In this document: in pieces, positions 31,871 to 41,958 of the stretch
Numbering within the stretch: position 1 is the first letter of the stretch
Layout: every line of letters begins with the position of its first letter
NCBI GenBank assembly: GCA_026004395.1
Contig: BPJB01000001.1
Coordinates: forward strand, 713,226 to 777,225
Direction of reading: 5' to 3'
Origin: Patescibacteria group bacterium
GTDB taxonomy: Bacteria; Patescibacteriota; Microgenomatia; Levybacterales; UBA12049
Length of the DNA: 64,000 nt
Made by a program: the position numbers and the translations under genes
The notes under the pieces: generated by a model
Database searches by the model: none
Told to the model about the DNA's origin: nothing
What the model saw: only the letters and a program-made list of their open reading frames with translations

Positions 31871-33349
31871 ATGGACACTAAACAATCAAAAACAAAACTT
31901 TTCTTAAGGAGATTATTAATTAATTGGGATTTTTTTGTTCTTGGTTTTTTAATTCTCGCATATATTTTTATCCTTGTAACACTTTCAATTAAAAGACATG
32001 ATGCTTTTGCTTCACGGTTTGACCTTTCAAACATGGATCAAACTCTTTGGTATACACTACATGGTCACTTCTTCCAGCTTCGTAATCCCGATGAACTAAT
32101 GTCTCGTTTTTCAATTCATGCAGACCTTATTCTTGTGTTACTCTCCCCTCTCTACCTTATCTGGGATGACGTACGTATGCTTATTGCCTCTGAGTCAGTC
32201 TTTTTAGCGCTTGGTGCTATACCTGTTTATCTTCTCTCATTAAAACTGTTAAAGAATAAAATTATTTCTCTTGTTATTGCTGCAGTATATCTTCTAAATC
32301 CAGGCATGCAATGGACTGATATTTATGATTTTCATGGTGTATCACTTGCTATACCATTTATTCTCTATGCCTTCTACTTCGCTTACATTAAAAGATGGAT
32401 TTGGTATGGAGTATTTGTTTTGCTTGCCCTTTTAACAAAAGAAAATATTTCACTCATTATTGCTATGCTCGGAATTGCAGTTTTTTTTGTTTTTAAAAAA
32501 AAATGGATAGGATTGGCAACATTTATTATTGGAATTGTATGGTTTTTTACTATGGTGAATGTAGTAATGCCTTATTTTACTCCATCAGGGAAGCATTGGG
32601 CATTAGAAGGAGTGAGTGATGTAGGTGATGATCCTTTATTTAGTGTCATTAAGAAACAAATGGATCTGAATACTTTTTTACGTACATTTGTTTTCAACAA
32701 AGAAGCACAAGAGTATTACATTCTTTTATTAAAACCTTACGCTTTTCTACCTCTAATTGGACTTCCGTGGATTCTTATTTCAGCACCTGAGTTTGCAATT
32801 AATATCCTCAGAGGCACAACAATGATTGTGTTCCATTATGACAGCGGTATTATACCCGGACTTGTTTTAGGAACCATTTTTGGTATGTATTATGTTCAAT
32901 GGATCATAACTCATTTTAGGTTTACTAAAAAATACACAACAATTGTTATGTATGTAGTGGCTGCATTACTTCTAACGGCTGCATTGAGGGTCAATTATCA
33001 TTATAGTCCTTTACCTACTACACCATCTTGTTCCTGCTATATCTATAATGTAACGCGTGAAGATAGGGAATTTGAGAAAGTATTGCAGAGCATCCCTAAA
33101 GATGCATCTATTACAGCATCTCTGGAAATACGCCCGCATGTAAGTCATCGTTTTCATGCATATACCGTTCCTAGCGCAACAGAGTCAGCACAATTCATTG
33201 CTTTGATTACTCAAAACAGATTAATCAGTAACTACGATCCAAAAGAGTATGAAAATAAACTAATACCTATTCTTTTGAAAAGTAAAAACCACAAATTAAG
33301 ATATAAAAGCGAACATTTCTACTTGTTTGAAAAACTGAACTTCAAGTAG
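31871..33349 (+). CDS. DUF2079-like polytopic membrane protein (GT-C-like)
   Basis: FDLSNMDQTLW, HAD.I, YDFHGVSLA, TKEN, FHY. Confidence 0.85.
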   Translation: MDTKQSKTKLFLRRLLINWDFFVLGFLILAYIFILVTLSIKRHDAFASRFDLSNMDQTLWYTLHGHFFQLRNPDELMSRFSIHADLILVLLSPLYLIWDDVRMLIASESVFLALGAIPVYLLSLKLLKNKIISLVIAAVYLLNPGMQWTDIYDFHGVSLAIPFILYAFYFAYIKRWIWYGVFVLLALLTKENISLIIAMLGIAVFFVFKKKWIGLATFIIGIVWFFTMVNVVMPYFTPSGKHWALEGVSDVGDDPLFSVIKKQMDLNTFLRTFVFNKEAQEYYILLLKPYAFLPLIGLPWILISAPEFAINILRGTTMIVFHYDSGIIPGLVLGTIFGMYYVQWIITHFRFTKKYTTIVMYVVAALLLTAALRVNYHYSPLPTTPSCSCYIYNVTREDREFEKVLQSIPKDASITASLEIRPHVSHRFHAYTVPSATESAQFIALITQNRLISNYDPKEYENKLIPILLKSKNHKLRYKSEHFYLFEKLNFK

Positions 33350-33725
33350 ATGAAGGATTTAACGAATATTAGAATTCTATCTGAGTAGAAAACTTGTATA
33401 TATACACTTACAAAAAGATAAAACTCTACTTAGGCTTATGTTGAGAAATTCCACGCAGCAAATGGTATTAAGTTTCCTCGACATAGGATGATCGTCGTTA
33501 CCTAAAAAATCTTTTAGCTTTGTAAACAACCAATAAATCTCTTAGAAAGTATTTCAAACCTCACCATTTATGGAATTGATTTGGTAATCTTTCCGAATTC
33601 GTCCCTCTTGACTATGATACCCTTTTTAGCTTAAAAATCTTAAACCCAAACTTAATTTATAAATTTGGTGACTGTAAACCACATATGGACAACTTTTTCA
33701 GCATCTTGAAAAGCATATTAACTCC

Positions 33726-33761
33726 TTGCCAAGTATACAGGTATACCTGTATACTTGGCAA
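33726..33761. repeat. Perfect 36-bp palindrome containing TTGCCA-N18-TATACT on both strands
   Basis: TTGCCAAGTATACAGGTA|TACCTGTATACTTGGCAA. Confidence 0.9.
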
Positions 33762-33831
33762 AATACCATCCATCCTATCTAAACAGTTAAAAAGTATGAT
33801 ATAATAAGAGCACAGAATATAATTTCTCTAT

Positions 33832-35115
33832 ATGAGTTTAAACCCTGAAAATTTGAGACAAATTGGCATAAATGAAGACGGGAAAAATTCCCAGTTGTCA
33901 GAAAATATCCATGAAAAATTAGCTGCTAAAATAATTGAACGTATTGATAAAAAGGTTGAAAGATCTAAATTAGTAGTAATTGTAGGTCGAAAGGATAACG
34001 ATCAGCCAATTGATTACAAAAATGAATCAAATATTTTATTGGCTAGTATTCATCAACGACTCATAGAGGCATTCTCTATATACGGAAATTCTCATACACC
34101 TTTTCTATTTTATTCTCAAAAACAATATGACCAATTTAAAGAACATGGACTTTTAACTCTTTCAGAACAGCAAGCTCACATAGCATTTTCAGTTTTAGAG
34201 GCAGAAGATCAAGCAGAAGAAATCTTTCAAAATTTAACTTCTACAACGGTAGAGAGAATAAAAACAGCAGAACAAGAAGGCAACTTGTCTGATTACCTCA
34301 TGTGGCAATTGGTACCTAGAGAGCAATACTCTTATGAAAGAATAATAAATGAAACAGTCTACAACGCAATTTCTGGAAAACAAAATGTAACACTGGAAGA
34401 TTACATTGAAGAAATTGAACAGGAAAGAAAACAGTTTGCAGCAGAAGCTAGATTGATAAGACGTATGTATGAGATGTTTGATAAACTACCCGATAATGAC
34501 AAGATAAAAGTTGCCATTCTCAGACTTCCTGCAGAGGTGGATCTCCGTCGCCCTCAAAGGGTGCTCACATACTTCCCTCCTCACAGCTACAATAGATGGT
34601 CAAATGATATAGACGAAACTAACAGAGAGGCATTTACTATGTATTGTGTAACCTATGCTCCTTGTCTCCAACATGCATTTGATAGTTTATATAGATTGAC
34701 AAGAAAGAAAACACCTGATGGGCAATCTATACCAAGAGCATTCTATGTCACCTCTCAGCATGCACAAGGTATAGAGCATGAATCAAATTACCCTGAATCT
34801 GCACGCCGCTTTTTGGAGATTTCTTTTGCAGATGGTACCCCACCCATACCTGCAATTAGAGCAGAAATGCATGATAAATACCCAGGAGTAACTTTTATTC
34901 AAAAAGCGACAATACTCAGAGATGATATTGAACCAAATCTTGTCTTCGATGGTTCAAGATTACACTTTATCCTCGGACATGATGAAGATGGTACAAGGAT
35001 ATATCAAAATCAAATTCCTTATGTTTTGAATGCACTCACTGGTGGAGTAAGTAATGCTTATAATATTCGGGTTGATCAGTTTTTAAATAGAGAGCAGAAC
35101 ACATCAATAAAATGA
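33832..35115 (+). CDS. Hypothetical protein
   Basis: 427-aa ORF, no recognised motif. Confidence 0.75.
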   Translation: MSLNPENLRQIGINEDGKNSQLSENIHEKLAAKIIERIDKKVERSKLVVIVGRKDNDQPIDYKNESNILLASIHQRLIEAFSIYGNSHTPFLFYSQKQYDQFKEHGLLTLSEQQAHIAFSVLEAEDQAEEIFQNLTSTTVERIKTAEQEGNLSDYLMWQLVPREQYSYERIINETVYNAISGKQNVTLEDYIEEIEQERKQFAAEARLIRRMYEMFDKLPDNDKIKVAILRLPAEVDLRRPQRVLTYFPPHSYNRWSNDIDETNREAFTMYCVTYAPCLQHAFDSLYRLTRKKTPDGQSIPRAFYVTSQHAQGIEHESNYPESARRFLEISFADGTPPIPAIRAEMHDKYPGVTFIQKATILRDDIEPNLVFDGSRLHFILGHDEDGTRIYQNQIPYVLNALTGGVSNAYNIRVDQFLNREQNTSIK

Positions 35116-35118
35116 AAG

Positions 35119-35769
35119 CTAAAAAAGTGTATCACCGTTTTCTTTGAGCCATTTTATCTGTTGACGGTATGACGGCTGGAGTTTCCTCACTTTCATCCAA
35201 AAAATTTGAGAATGATCTTTTACTATAGTATGCGCTAATTCATGAATAACAACGTAATTAATAACCAAAATTGGAGCCATAACAAGCCGCCAGTTAAATT
35301 GAAGTCTATTATCTTTAGAACATCTTCCCCACTGTGACTTTGTATCAGAAAATGTAATACTCCTAAAATTCGTTTGCATCTCTTCTGCATATTTTTTAGC
35401 TTGCTCTGTGATAATTTGTTTGGCTTGTTGCACATACCATGCAGTAAGTTCTTTTTCCTTGCGAAAAAGAAGTGATATCGGAAAAAGCAACCTATTTTCA
35501 GCAACAGAAATATGCTTATAGTTGCCACATGTGAGAGTCAGAATCTGACCGAGAAAAAGGTACTGATTTTCCTCTCTCTGCAATGCTCTCTTCGCAAGGA
35601 GCATGCGACGTTTAGCAATCAATTCACTCTGTTGTTCAACAAACTGTTCAATATTATGCTTAGACAAGTTCAGTGGTGCTTTGACCAGAAGTTTACCATC
35701 AGGTTGGATATATAGTGCCAGTGTTCTTCTCTTTGAGCGAACAAGCGTAAACTCTGGAATATTAAACAT
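35119..35769 (-). CDS. YgjP/DUF45-like (M48-type) zinc metallopeptidase family protein
   Basis: RSKRRTLAL, KSQWGRCS, FNWRL, YVVIHELAH, HSQIFW. Confidence 0.92.
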   Translation of the reverse strand: MFNIPEFTLVRSKRRTLALYIQPDGKLLVKAPLNLSKHNIEQFVEQQSELIAKRRMLLAKRALQREENQYLFLGQILTLTCGNYKHISVAENRLLFPISLLFRKEKELTAWYVQQAKQIITEQAKKYAEEMQTNFRSITFSDTKSQWGRCSKDNRLQFNWRLVMAPILVINYVVIHELAHTIVKDHSQIFWMKVRKLQPSYRQQIKWLKENGDTLF

Positions 35770-35789
35770 GGAATTGTTCTCCTAGTGTG

Positions 35790-36923
35790 TTATAGTTTTT
35801 GCGGATTAATTCTTATAATCTTATCATCGCCTGCAACTGGAATTCCTCTTCCATCTTTATTACTCGTGGTAATATATAAATAACCGTCAGGACCTACTAC
35901 GGCATCCCGTATCCTTCCAAACTTCCCCTTAAAGTGTGCAATAACGCTTATAGGGTTTGCTGTAATCTTCGCCTCATAAAGAGATTGTCCCCTCAATCCG
36001 CCAAAGAATAACACATCTCCAATTATTGCCGCTGACGCGGGAGCCCATGTAGTAGTCACACCGGATGTTACTACAGGAGTGACCATCTCCTCTCGTCTTT
36101 CTGTGCCTTGAATTATGGGCCAGCCATAATTTTTGCCTGGTTCGATTTTGTTTATCTCATCGTTGCCAGATTGTAATCCTGAGGGACCATGCTCTGTTGA
36201 CCACAAATTACCATTGCGATCCCACGCAATTCCTTGTGGATTGCGATGACCATAAGAAAATATCAGATTACCAAATGGATTGCCAGGAGCTGACTCTCCT
36301 CTATCTGTTATTCGCAGGATTTTCCCCGCCAAGCTGTCTTTAGATTGGGCTAGAGAGGGCTGTTGAGCATCACCAGTTGTAACATAAAGAAATTTATCAG
36401 GACCAAACGCAATTCTTCCACCGTTATGATTAGTTGCACCTGGAATGCGATCCACAACAATCTCCATATTTTGCAGTTTATTATTCTCATATTTCATACG
36501 TACAACCCTATTGAAAGTATTGTTTTTATCAACGCTATACGTGTAATAAAAATATACATATCTATTTGAAGCAAACTCAGGATGCAAAGCAATACCCAGT
36601 AATCCTCCCTCTCCCACCTCTTTTACATCTCGTATTTCCGCAACAAGAGTAGAATTACCGTCTCGGTCAATATGCAACACCGTTCCTTTGCGCTCAGTTA
36701 CCAGCATACTCCCATCAGGCAAAAAGGCAATTCCCCATGGAGTATCTAGATGATCTGCCACAATAGTAATTTCTTGAGTATCATTTTCCTCAACTAAAGA
36801 TTTTTCAGTATTTATAGATTCTCTATTACTATTAAATATTAAAAGTAAATAAGGCTTTATATCCTTGAAGATCACTATTAGGCTAACAAATATTAAAACA
36901 AGAATAATAAAGAATTTTTTCAT
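35790..36923 (-). CDS. PQQ-dependent sugar (glucose/sorbosone) dehydrogenase
   Basis: LDTPWGIAFLPDG, GEGGLLGIALHP, HNGGRIAFGPD, SYGHRNPQG, NYGWP. Confidence 0.95.
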   Translation of the reverse strand: MKKFFIILVLIFVSLIVIFKDIKPYLLLIFNSNRESINTEKSLVEENDTQEITIVADHLDTPWGIAFLPDGSMLVTERKGTVLHIDRDGNSTLVAEIRDVKEVGEGGLLGIALHPEFASNRYVYFYYTYSVDKNNTFNRVVRMKYENNKLQNMEIVVDRIPGATNHNGGRIAFGPDKFLYVTTGDAQQPSLAQSKDSLAGKILRITDRGESAPGNPFGNLIFSYGHRNPQGIAWDRNGNLWSTEHGPSGLQSGNDEINKIEPGKNYGWPIIQGTERREEMVTPVVTSGVTTTWAPASAAIIGDVLFFGGLRGQSLYEAKITANPISVIAHFKGKFGRIRDAVVGPDGYLYITTSNKDGRGIPVAGDDKIIRINPQKL

Positions 36924-37019
36924 TGTACCTATTGTAGCACTCCTTACCACTAATTACATAAAAAGACTATCTAGCAAATTATCAAAAGATTAAGTACAAT
37001 GAATAAATATTGATTATTT

Positions 37020-37724
37020 ATGGAAATTATCCAGTTTCTTCTCCACTTGGATCAGCATATCTCAGCAATTATTGATGCGTTTGGAATATATACCTATATT
37101 ATTCTTTTTCTGATTGTTTTCGCTGAAACTGGTTTCGTTGTTACTCCTTTCCTGCCAGGTGATTCGCTTCTTTTTGTAGTTGGAACACTTGCAGGTAGTG
37201 GCTTTTTGAACATCTGGATTGTTTATATTTCGCTTCTTTTGGCAGCAATTCTTGGTGATAGTATTAATTACTGGATAGGACATCATACTGGACCAAAAAT
37301 ATTTGCAAAAGAAAACTCACGACTCTTTAACAAAGCCTATCTTGAAAAAACTCGTGAGTTTTACGCCAAGCATGGTGGCAAAACAATAATTCTTGCAAGA
37401 TTTTTACCTATTATTCGAACATTTGCACCTTTTGTTGCAGGAGTTGGGAAAATGCATTACTCAACCTTCATTTTCTACAATATTATTGGAGGGTTTATAT
37501 GGGTAACATCTCTGACTTTTGCAGGATATTTTTTCGGAGGACTTCCTTTTATCAAAGAGAATTTTGAATACGCAGTTATTGGCATAATAGTAATATCTAT
37601 TATGCCAATGATTATTGAGTACATCAAACACAAAAAAGGTCATCAAGTTACCAAAAAGCAACTTGAGTCTCTCACCTACAAAGATATTCAAAAAACTTTC
37701 AAAGAAGAACATCTTACTGACTGA
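37020..37724 (+). CDS. DedA family membrane protein
   Basis: FAETG...PFLPGDSLLF, LARFLPIIRTFAPFVAG. Confidence 0.96.
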   Translation: MEIIQFLLHLDQHISAIIDAFGIYTYIILFLIVFAETGFVVTPFLPGDSLLFVVGTLAGSGFLNIWIVYISLLLAAILGDSINYWIGHHTGPKIFAKENSRLFNKAYLEKTREFYAKHGGKTIILARFLPIIRTFAPFVAGVGKMHYSTFIFYNIIGGFIWVTSLTFAGYFFGGLPFIKENFEYAVIGIIVISIMPMIIEYIKHKKGHQVTKKQLESLTYKDIQKTFKEEHLTD

Positions 37725-37732
37725 GACTCAGA

Positions 37733-38794
37733 TCACCGCAAATACTTCTTAAAAAAATCAACAGTTCTCTGCATTGCGAGTTGGAAACTCTCTCCTTCGA
37801 TATTATGTCCTCCACTCTCATATTCGAAAAACTCATGAGGTACTGCTGTTTTCTCCAAGAGAGTTAGAAGATCCCTACTATAACCTATGTTTACAACAGC
37901 ATCGTCAACTGCATGATGAAGTTGTATCGCTCCTTTTATCTCAGAAAGAAAAGATGTTGGAGCAACTTGTCTCCAAAAAATACTCTGTGCACTGGGACTA
38001 CCGTATTTCTTAAAAAGCTCATTTCTTTTACTCCTAAGCAGGGACATATTTTGTGGAGGACGATAGCTTAAGTCCTGAATTCCGTACTTTTGCATATCAA
38101 CGTAAGAATATACCGCACCAGCCCAAATAACAATTGCTGGAATATCAGGCTTAACCGCCATAGAGCGAAGCAAAATATTACCAGCCATACTATGCCCCCA
38201 CATACCAATGGCATTCGGATTAACAAAGTCAGCATTTTTTAAGGCTTCGTAGGCATTTAGCGTATCCACAACATAATCTGAACCATAATATCCTCCCCCT
38301 GGCTTACCTTCTGAATCACCATGCCCTCGAAGATCTATCTTCAGTACGACAAATCCATTTCTCGCTAGATAATCCACATATGCAGAATAAGATCTTCCAT
38401 TAGTAATGTATTGCTCAGGAGGAATATAACCGTGGACAAATACAATAGCCGGCCATCCCTTCTTAGGCATATCCCCACGAGGAATGGTAAGAAGAGCATT
38501 TATCTTCAACCCATCTGATGTATAACTCGTCAAGTAGGACAAATATTGACCGTTGTCCTCTAAAAATTTTAGCTCACCCAGCTTGCTTTCATACTTACGT
38601 GATCTAAGAAAGGGAATTGTCATTTCCTCAAAATAACTAAATTCTGTCTTATCTTGGGGATTAACTGAAGAATTTAAATTTTTTCGCAAAAATTCGGTAT
38701 GCGGTGAAGAAAACAAAACAATTAACAAATAAATTATCAAAAAGAAACTTAGAATTAACAAAAGCGTTTTTATTGATAAATAATTTTTTCTCAT
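37733..38794 (-). CDS. Alpha/beta hydrolase (S9-like peptidase)
   Basis: VHGYIPP, DLRGHGDS, WGHSMAG, DD..V, GGHN. Confidence 0.9.
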   Translation of the reverse strand: MRKNYLSIKTLLLILSFFLIIYLLIVLFSSPHTEFLRKNLNSSVNPQDKTEFSYFEEMTIPFLRSRKYESKLGELKFLEDNGQYLSYLTSYTSDGLKINALLTIPRGDMPKKGWPAIVFVHGYIPPEQYITNGRSYSAYVDYLARNGFVVLKIDLRGHGDSEGKPGGGYYGSDYVVDTLNAYEALKNADFVNPNAIGMWGHSMAGNILLRSMAVKPDIPAIVIWAGAVYSYVDMQKYGIQDLSYRPPQNMSLLRSKRNELFKKYGSPSAQSIFWRQVAPTSFLSEIKGAIQLHHAVDDAVVNIGYSRDLLTLLEKTAVPHEFFEYESGGHNIEGESFQLAMQRTVDFFKKYLR

Positions 38795-38880
38795 TGCTGA
38801 TATTAGCTTAGGAAGATTAACACAGAAATAATAACTCTGAGTAAATACTAAATTATCTACTCTATGTCAATTAGAAATTT

Positions 38881-39351
38881 TTATTCAACAATCAATTTCC
38901 CCACCATTCCCATTTGTCTATGATTGCCAATCGAGCAATAATACTCAAACTCACCCTTTTTAGCGGCAACAAACTCAATTGTATCCTCTTGTCCAGCTGA
39001 AAGCTGCTTTGTGCGAACATTGTAGTCATCTAGTACAAAGTCATGAAAGCCTTCAGCTATTTTTAGCGTAACTTTTACAGTATCGCCTTGTCTTACTCGT
39101 ATCTCTTTGACATCATATCTAAAATTTGAAGCTGTGAGTGTAAATTCTTTTGTTGATACCTCTTCTTTATTCGCAGAGGGTAAGGACTCCTCACTTGTTG
39201 GATTGATAGACGTTGGTGTAGGTGTGGTAATAGCTTGCTGATTTTTAGATCCACTATTCGGAGTGTTAGTTGCATTATTAGTAAGCAACAAGAATAAACT
39301 ACTTAAAAAAACGATAACTATCAATATGATGATAATCGATTTAATGTTCAT
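38881..39351 (-). CDS. Membrane-anchored cupredoxin
   Basis: GFHDFV, YYCSIGNHRQMGMVG; strong SD. Confidence 0.9.
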   Translation of the reverse strand: MNIKSIIIILIVIVFLSSLFLLLTNNATNTPNSGSKNQQAITTPTPTSINPTSEESLPSANKEEVSTKEFTLTASNFRYDVKEIRVRQGDTVKVTLKIAEGFHDFVLDDYNVRTKQLSAGQEDTIEFVAAKKGEFEYYCSIGNHRQMGMVGKLIVE

Positions 39352-39453
39352 TATTACACCTCCTTTCTTAAGAGTTCAGTTTAAACAAACTCTACAAAAA
39401 AACAAGTACTTATCTAAAGATAAAACAAATAGATGTATAATTCAAATACGCAA

Positions 39454-39912
39454 ATGAAGTCATATAATCTACAAATTCCCTTTGTCACAACATCATCAGA
39501 CAAAATTAAAACTCTTATTCAACTTTCTGAATGCAAAAGAGAAGGAAAGGTAGTAGATCTAGGATCAGGTGACGGACGTGTCGTAATAGCTCTAGCCAGA
39601 GCAGGCTTTGATGTTGTTGGATTTGAAATCAGAAAAGAGCTTGTTGAGAGATCTCTGCAGAAAATAGCAGCATTAGGTTTAGATCAAAAAATTACCATTT
39701 ATCACCAAAACTTTTGGGATGCCAATCTATCAGAGTTTGATCTGATTTATATTTATGGAATGCAGTCAATGCTTGCCAAGCTTGAAGAGAAGCTTGAGAC
39801 AGAGATGAAAGTAGGCGCAAAATTCATCTCGAATATCTTTCCTCTTCCGCGTTGGAAACCTCAAAAAGTAAAAGACAATTTTTACGTTTATACTAAAAAA
39901 AATAAGATCTAG
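39454..39912 (+). CDS. Small class I SAM-dependent methyltransferase
   Basis: PFVTTS, VVDLGSGDGRVV, GFE; start 39433 or 39454. Confidence 0.88.
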   Translation: MKSYNLQIPFVTTSSDKIKTLIQLSECKREGKVVDLGSGDGRVVIALARAGFDVVGFEIRKELVERSLQKIAALGLDQKITIYHQNFWDANLSEFDLIYIYGMQSMLAKLEEKLETEMKVGAKFISNIFPLPRWKPQKVKDNFYVYTKKNKI

Positions 39913-39953
39913 TGAATAATGTAGTGTCAAAACTTCTTTTTAGAAAAAATCAA

Positions 39954-40133
39954 CTATACTTCCTGTATCTGCGCAAAAGTAATTTGTTGTTTGAGTTTCT
40001 GAACAACATTTCTTACGGACTTTCGCGTAGCAAAAGACTCAGCGCTATTGGCAATTACTTTATTCTGGATATTTCTCAGTTGCCATTTATATTTGCCATC
40101 CATGCTTTGATAAATAAGAATGAAAAGTTCCAT
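39954..40133 (-). CDS. YegP/DUF1508-like small protein (59 aa, not in the ORF track)
   Basis: Manual translation MELFILIYQSMDGKYKWQLRNIQNKVIANSAESFATRKSVRNVVQKLKQQITFAQIQEV*; GAGG SD. Confidence 0.7.
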   Translation of the reverse strand: MELFILIYQSMDGKYKWQLRNIQNKVIANSAESFATRKSVRNVVQKLKQQITFAQIQEV

Positions 40134-40205
40134 TTTTGAACTTCCTCACCAAGATGGATCATGAGATCTCTAAATTTTCTATTTATTTACTATTTATTTA
40201 TATTT

Positions 40206-40300
40206 TCTCGACATGGCAGGGAAGAATGCCTTTTATCCTATTCCTGCCCTAGCACTACCCTGCCATGTCAAGATCCGATAGAATCATGGATCTATCGGAT
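40206..40300 (-). other. Two adjacent stem-loops between the SSAP-like and YegP-like genes
   Basis: Minus-strand ATCCGATAGA/TCTATCGGAT (10 bp) and TCTTGACATGGCAGGG/CCCTGCCATGTCGAGA (16 bp with one G-U pair). Confidence 0.7.
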
Positions 40301-40305
40301 GAGTT

Positions 40306-40837
40306 TTAATTCCAAAGCCAACGGGTATGGCTTCTATCCTCTGTCGTACAGAAGATACCATGGTATTTCTTACCAGTTTTTGTCGTGCCGCGTTTCTCAA
40401 CCGCTGGCTGACCACAAATATCACATACCAGTGTAGTGGACTATTTTTTTCTCTGATGCTGCTACTGGCAATCTTTCTTGCGTATTGCCAGGCTGAGGAA
40501 CTTTCACTGACAAGGACCTAGTCATTTCATCTGCTGAAGCAACACTCTCGATGAGACCATATCCTGCAAACCCAAGCGCTCTCCCAACAGCCGATGTCTC
40601 AGCTACTTCGTAAGGATTTTCCTTCTCAATTGTTCTAGCGTTCTCTGGATTAACAGAGCTGATCCCTGTGTAGAGCTTACCTTTTATGTATACCCTAGCT
40701 CGAATTACAATTGGATTGTGAGAGAGAATCTCTGTCTCAATACCCTCAAGAGCTTTTTCCTCATGAGCTAGTTCTATCCGTCGTGCTACTGTCATGTATT
40801 CTTTGCCGTGAATTGTAACGATACCACTATTGCTCAT
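40306..40837 (-). pseudogene. Rad52/Sak-like single-strand annealing protein with a frameshifted C-terminal Zn finger
   Basis: IHGKEYMTVARRI, EVAETSAVGRALGFAGYG; shifted frame continues CDICGQPAVEKRGTTKTGKKYHGIFCTTEDRSHTRWLWN*; strong SD GGAGGAGGTG. Confidence 0.65.
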
Positions 40838-41101
40838 ATTTCACCTCCTCCACGTTCTATGAACCTTCAAACAACGTATAGTTTCTCGACTCAACTGAGT
40901 CATTAGAATTATTATTAGATTAGAGAAAAATCCATTTTTTGAATCTAAAGATATTCTTGATTTCTTTTTCTGGGAAAATAAGCAGTATTATCGTGGATTG
41001 GGAGTTATCTTATCGCAGGAATTCTCAGCGTCTCTCCTCCAACCACTCTTATTCTCCCTCCTGCGAACTTTACTGTACGTTCGTTCAAATAATGTATAAG
41101 G

Positions 41102-41130
41102 ATACTACCACTCTTTGACGATTTTTTCAA
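41102..41130 (-). promoter_or_regulatory. Putative promoter giving a ~260-nt leader for the SSAP-like gene
   Basis: TTGAAA-N17-TAGTAT on the minus strand. Confidence 0.5.
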
Positions 41131-41189
41131 GCAGAGCAATACTGTAAATAAAAATCTATTTTTAGAGGTACACACGAAGCTCAAAAGAT

Positions 41190-41852
41190 CTATTTTAGGC
41201 GATATTGCGATGATGCTTGCTGAAGAAGAGTTAGGATCTCCTCATCCGTCACTGGTTTTCTTTCTTCATACCAGAGTACTGGTGTATGAAACTCTTCTGG
41301 CTCCACAAGGCAGATAATCTCATCAGCTATTCCCTCAAGATGAGTAGATACATCTCTGTCGCATGCAGGAATAGCAAGTATGACAGCAAGAGGATCAAAT
41401 GATTCTATAGCCTTAGCGGCAACAGTAGGAACAACAGGAGAGGTTAAAACATCATCTACAAGAATTACTGTCTTACCCCGTAAATTCTGAAGAGGCTGTC
41501 CTCCTCGTAGCTTTTGCAGGTTGCGATCAATCTCATGCTGTGCTTTTGCGACTAAGTTAGTCAACTCTTCATCACTGATATTGAAAAGTCGAATGATATG
41601 TTCTTGAAGAAAAAGATTATTATCCTCAGCAACAGCACCTAGAGGTATCGCTGTTTTTCCAGGCAGAAGAATCTTTTCTGTTAGCAAAAACTGAAAAGGA
41701 ACTTTAAGAACTTTAGAAACCTCATAGGCTACAGGTATTCCTTCTTTGGAGATAGCAACAATGACTTTCTCTCCCTCTATTTCTTTCTGTTTTAGCGTCT
41801 CTCCCAACTGTTTTCCTGCATCATACCTATCTTTAAAAATAGTCATAGACAT
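41190..41852 (-). CDS. Phosphoribosyltransferase family protein (degenerate PRPP loop)
   Basis: FKDRYDAGKQL, GKTVILVDD, ADEIICL. Confidence 0.85.
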   Translation of the reverse strand: MSMTIFKDRYDAGKQLGETLKQKEIEGEKVIVAISKEGIPVAYEVSKVLKVPFQFLLTEKILLPGKTAIPLGAVAEDNNLFLQEHIIRLFNISDEELTNLVAKAQHEIDRNLQKLRGGQPLQNLRGKTVILVDDVLTSPVVPTVAAKAIESFDPLAVILAIPACDRDVSTHLEGIADEIICLVEPEEFHTPVLWYEERKPVTDEEILTLLQQASSQYRLK

Positions 41853-41958
41853 ATCATTCTCTTAAATTTTAATAAGGAAATGAGAAATCAGTAATAATTA
41901 AGAAAAACTAGAAGCATACTATGCTTAAAGAATGATTAAAGAATTATTAAATGTAATC

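Noticed and set aside
40421-40837. Prophage around the phage-like annealing gene
   Set aside because: No integrase, terminase, capsid or other phage genes are adjacent.
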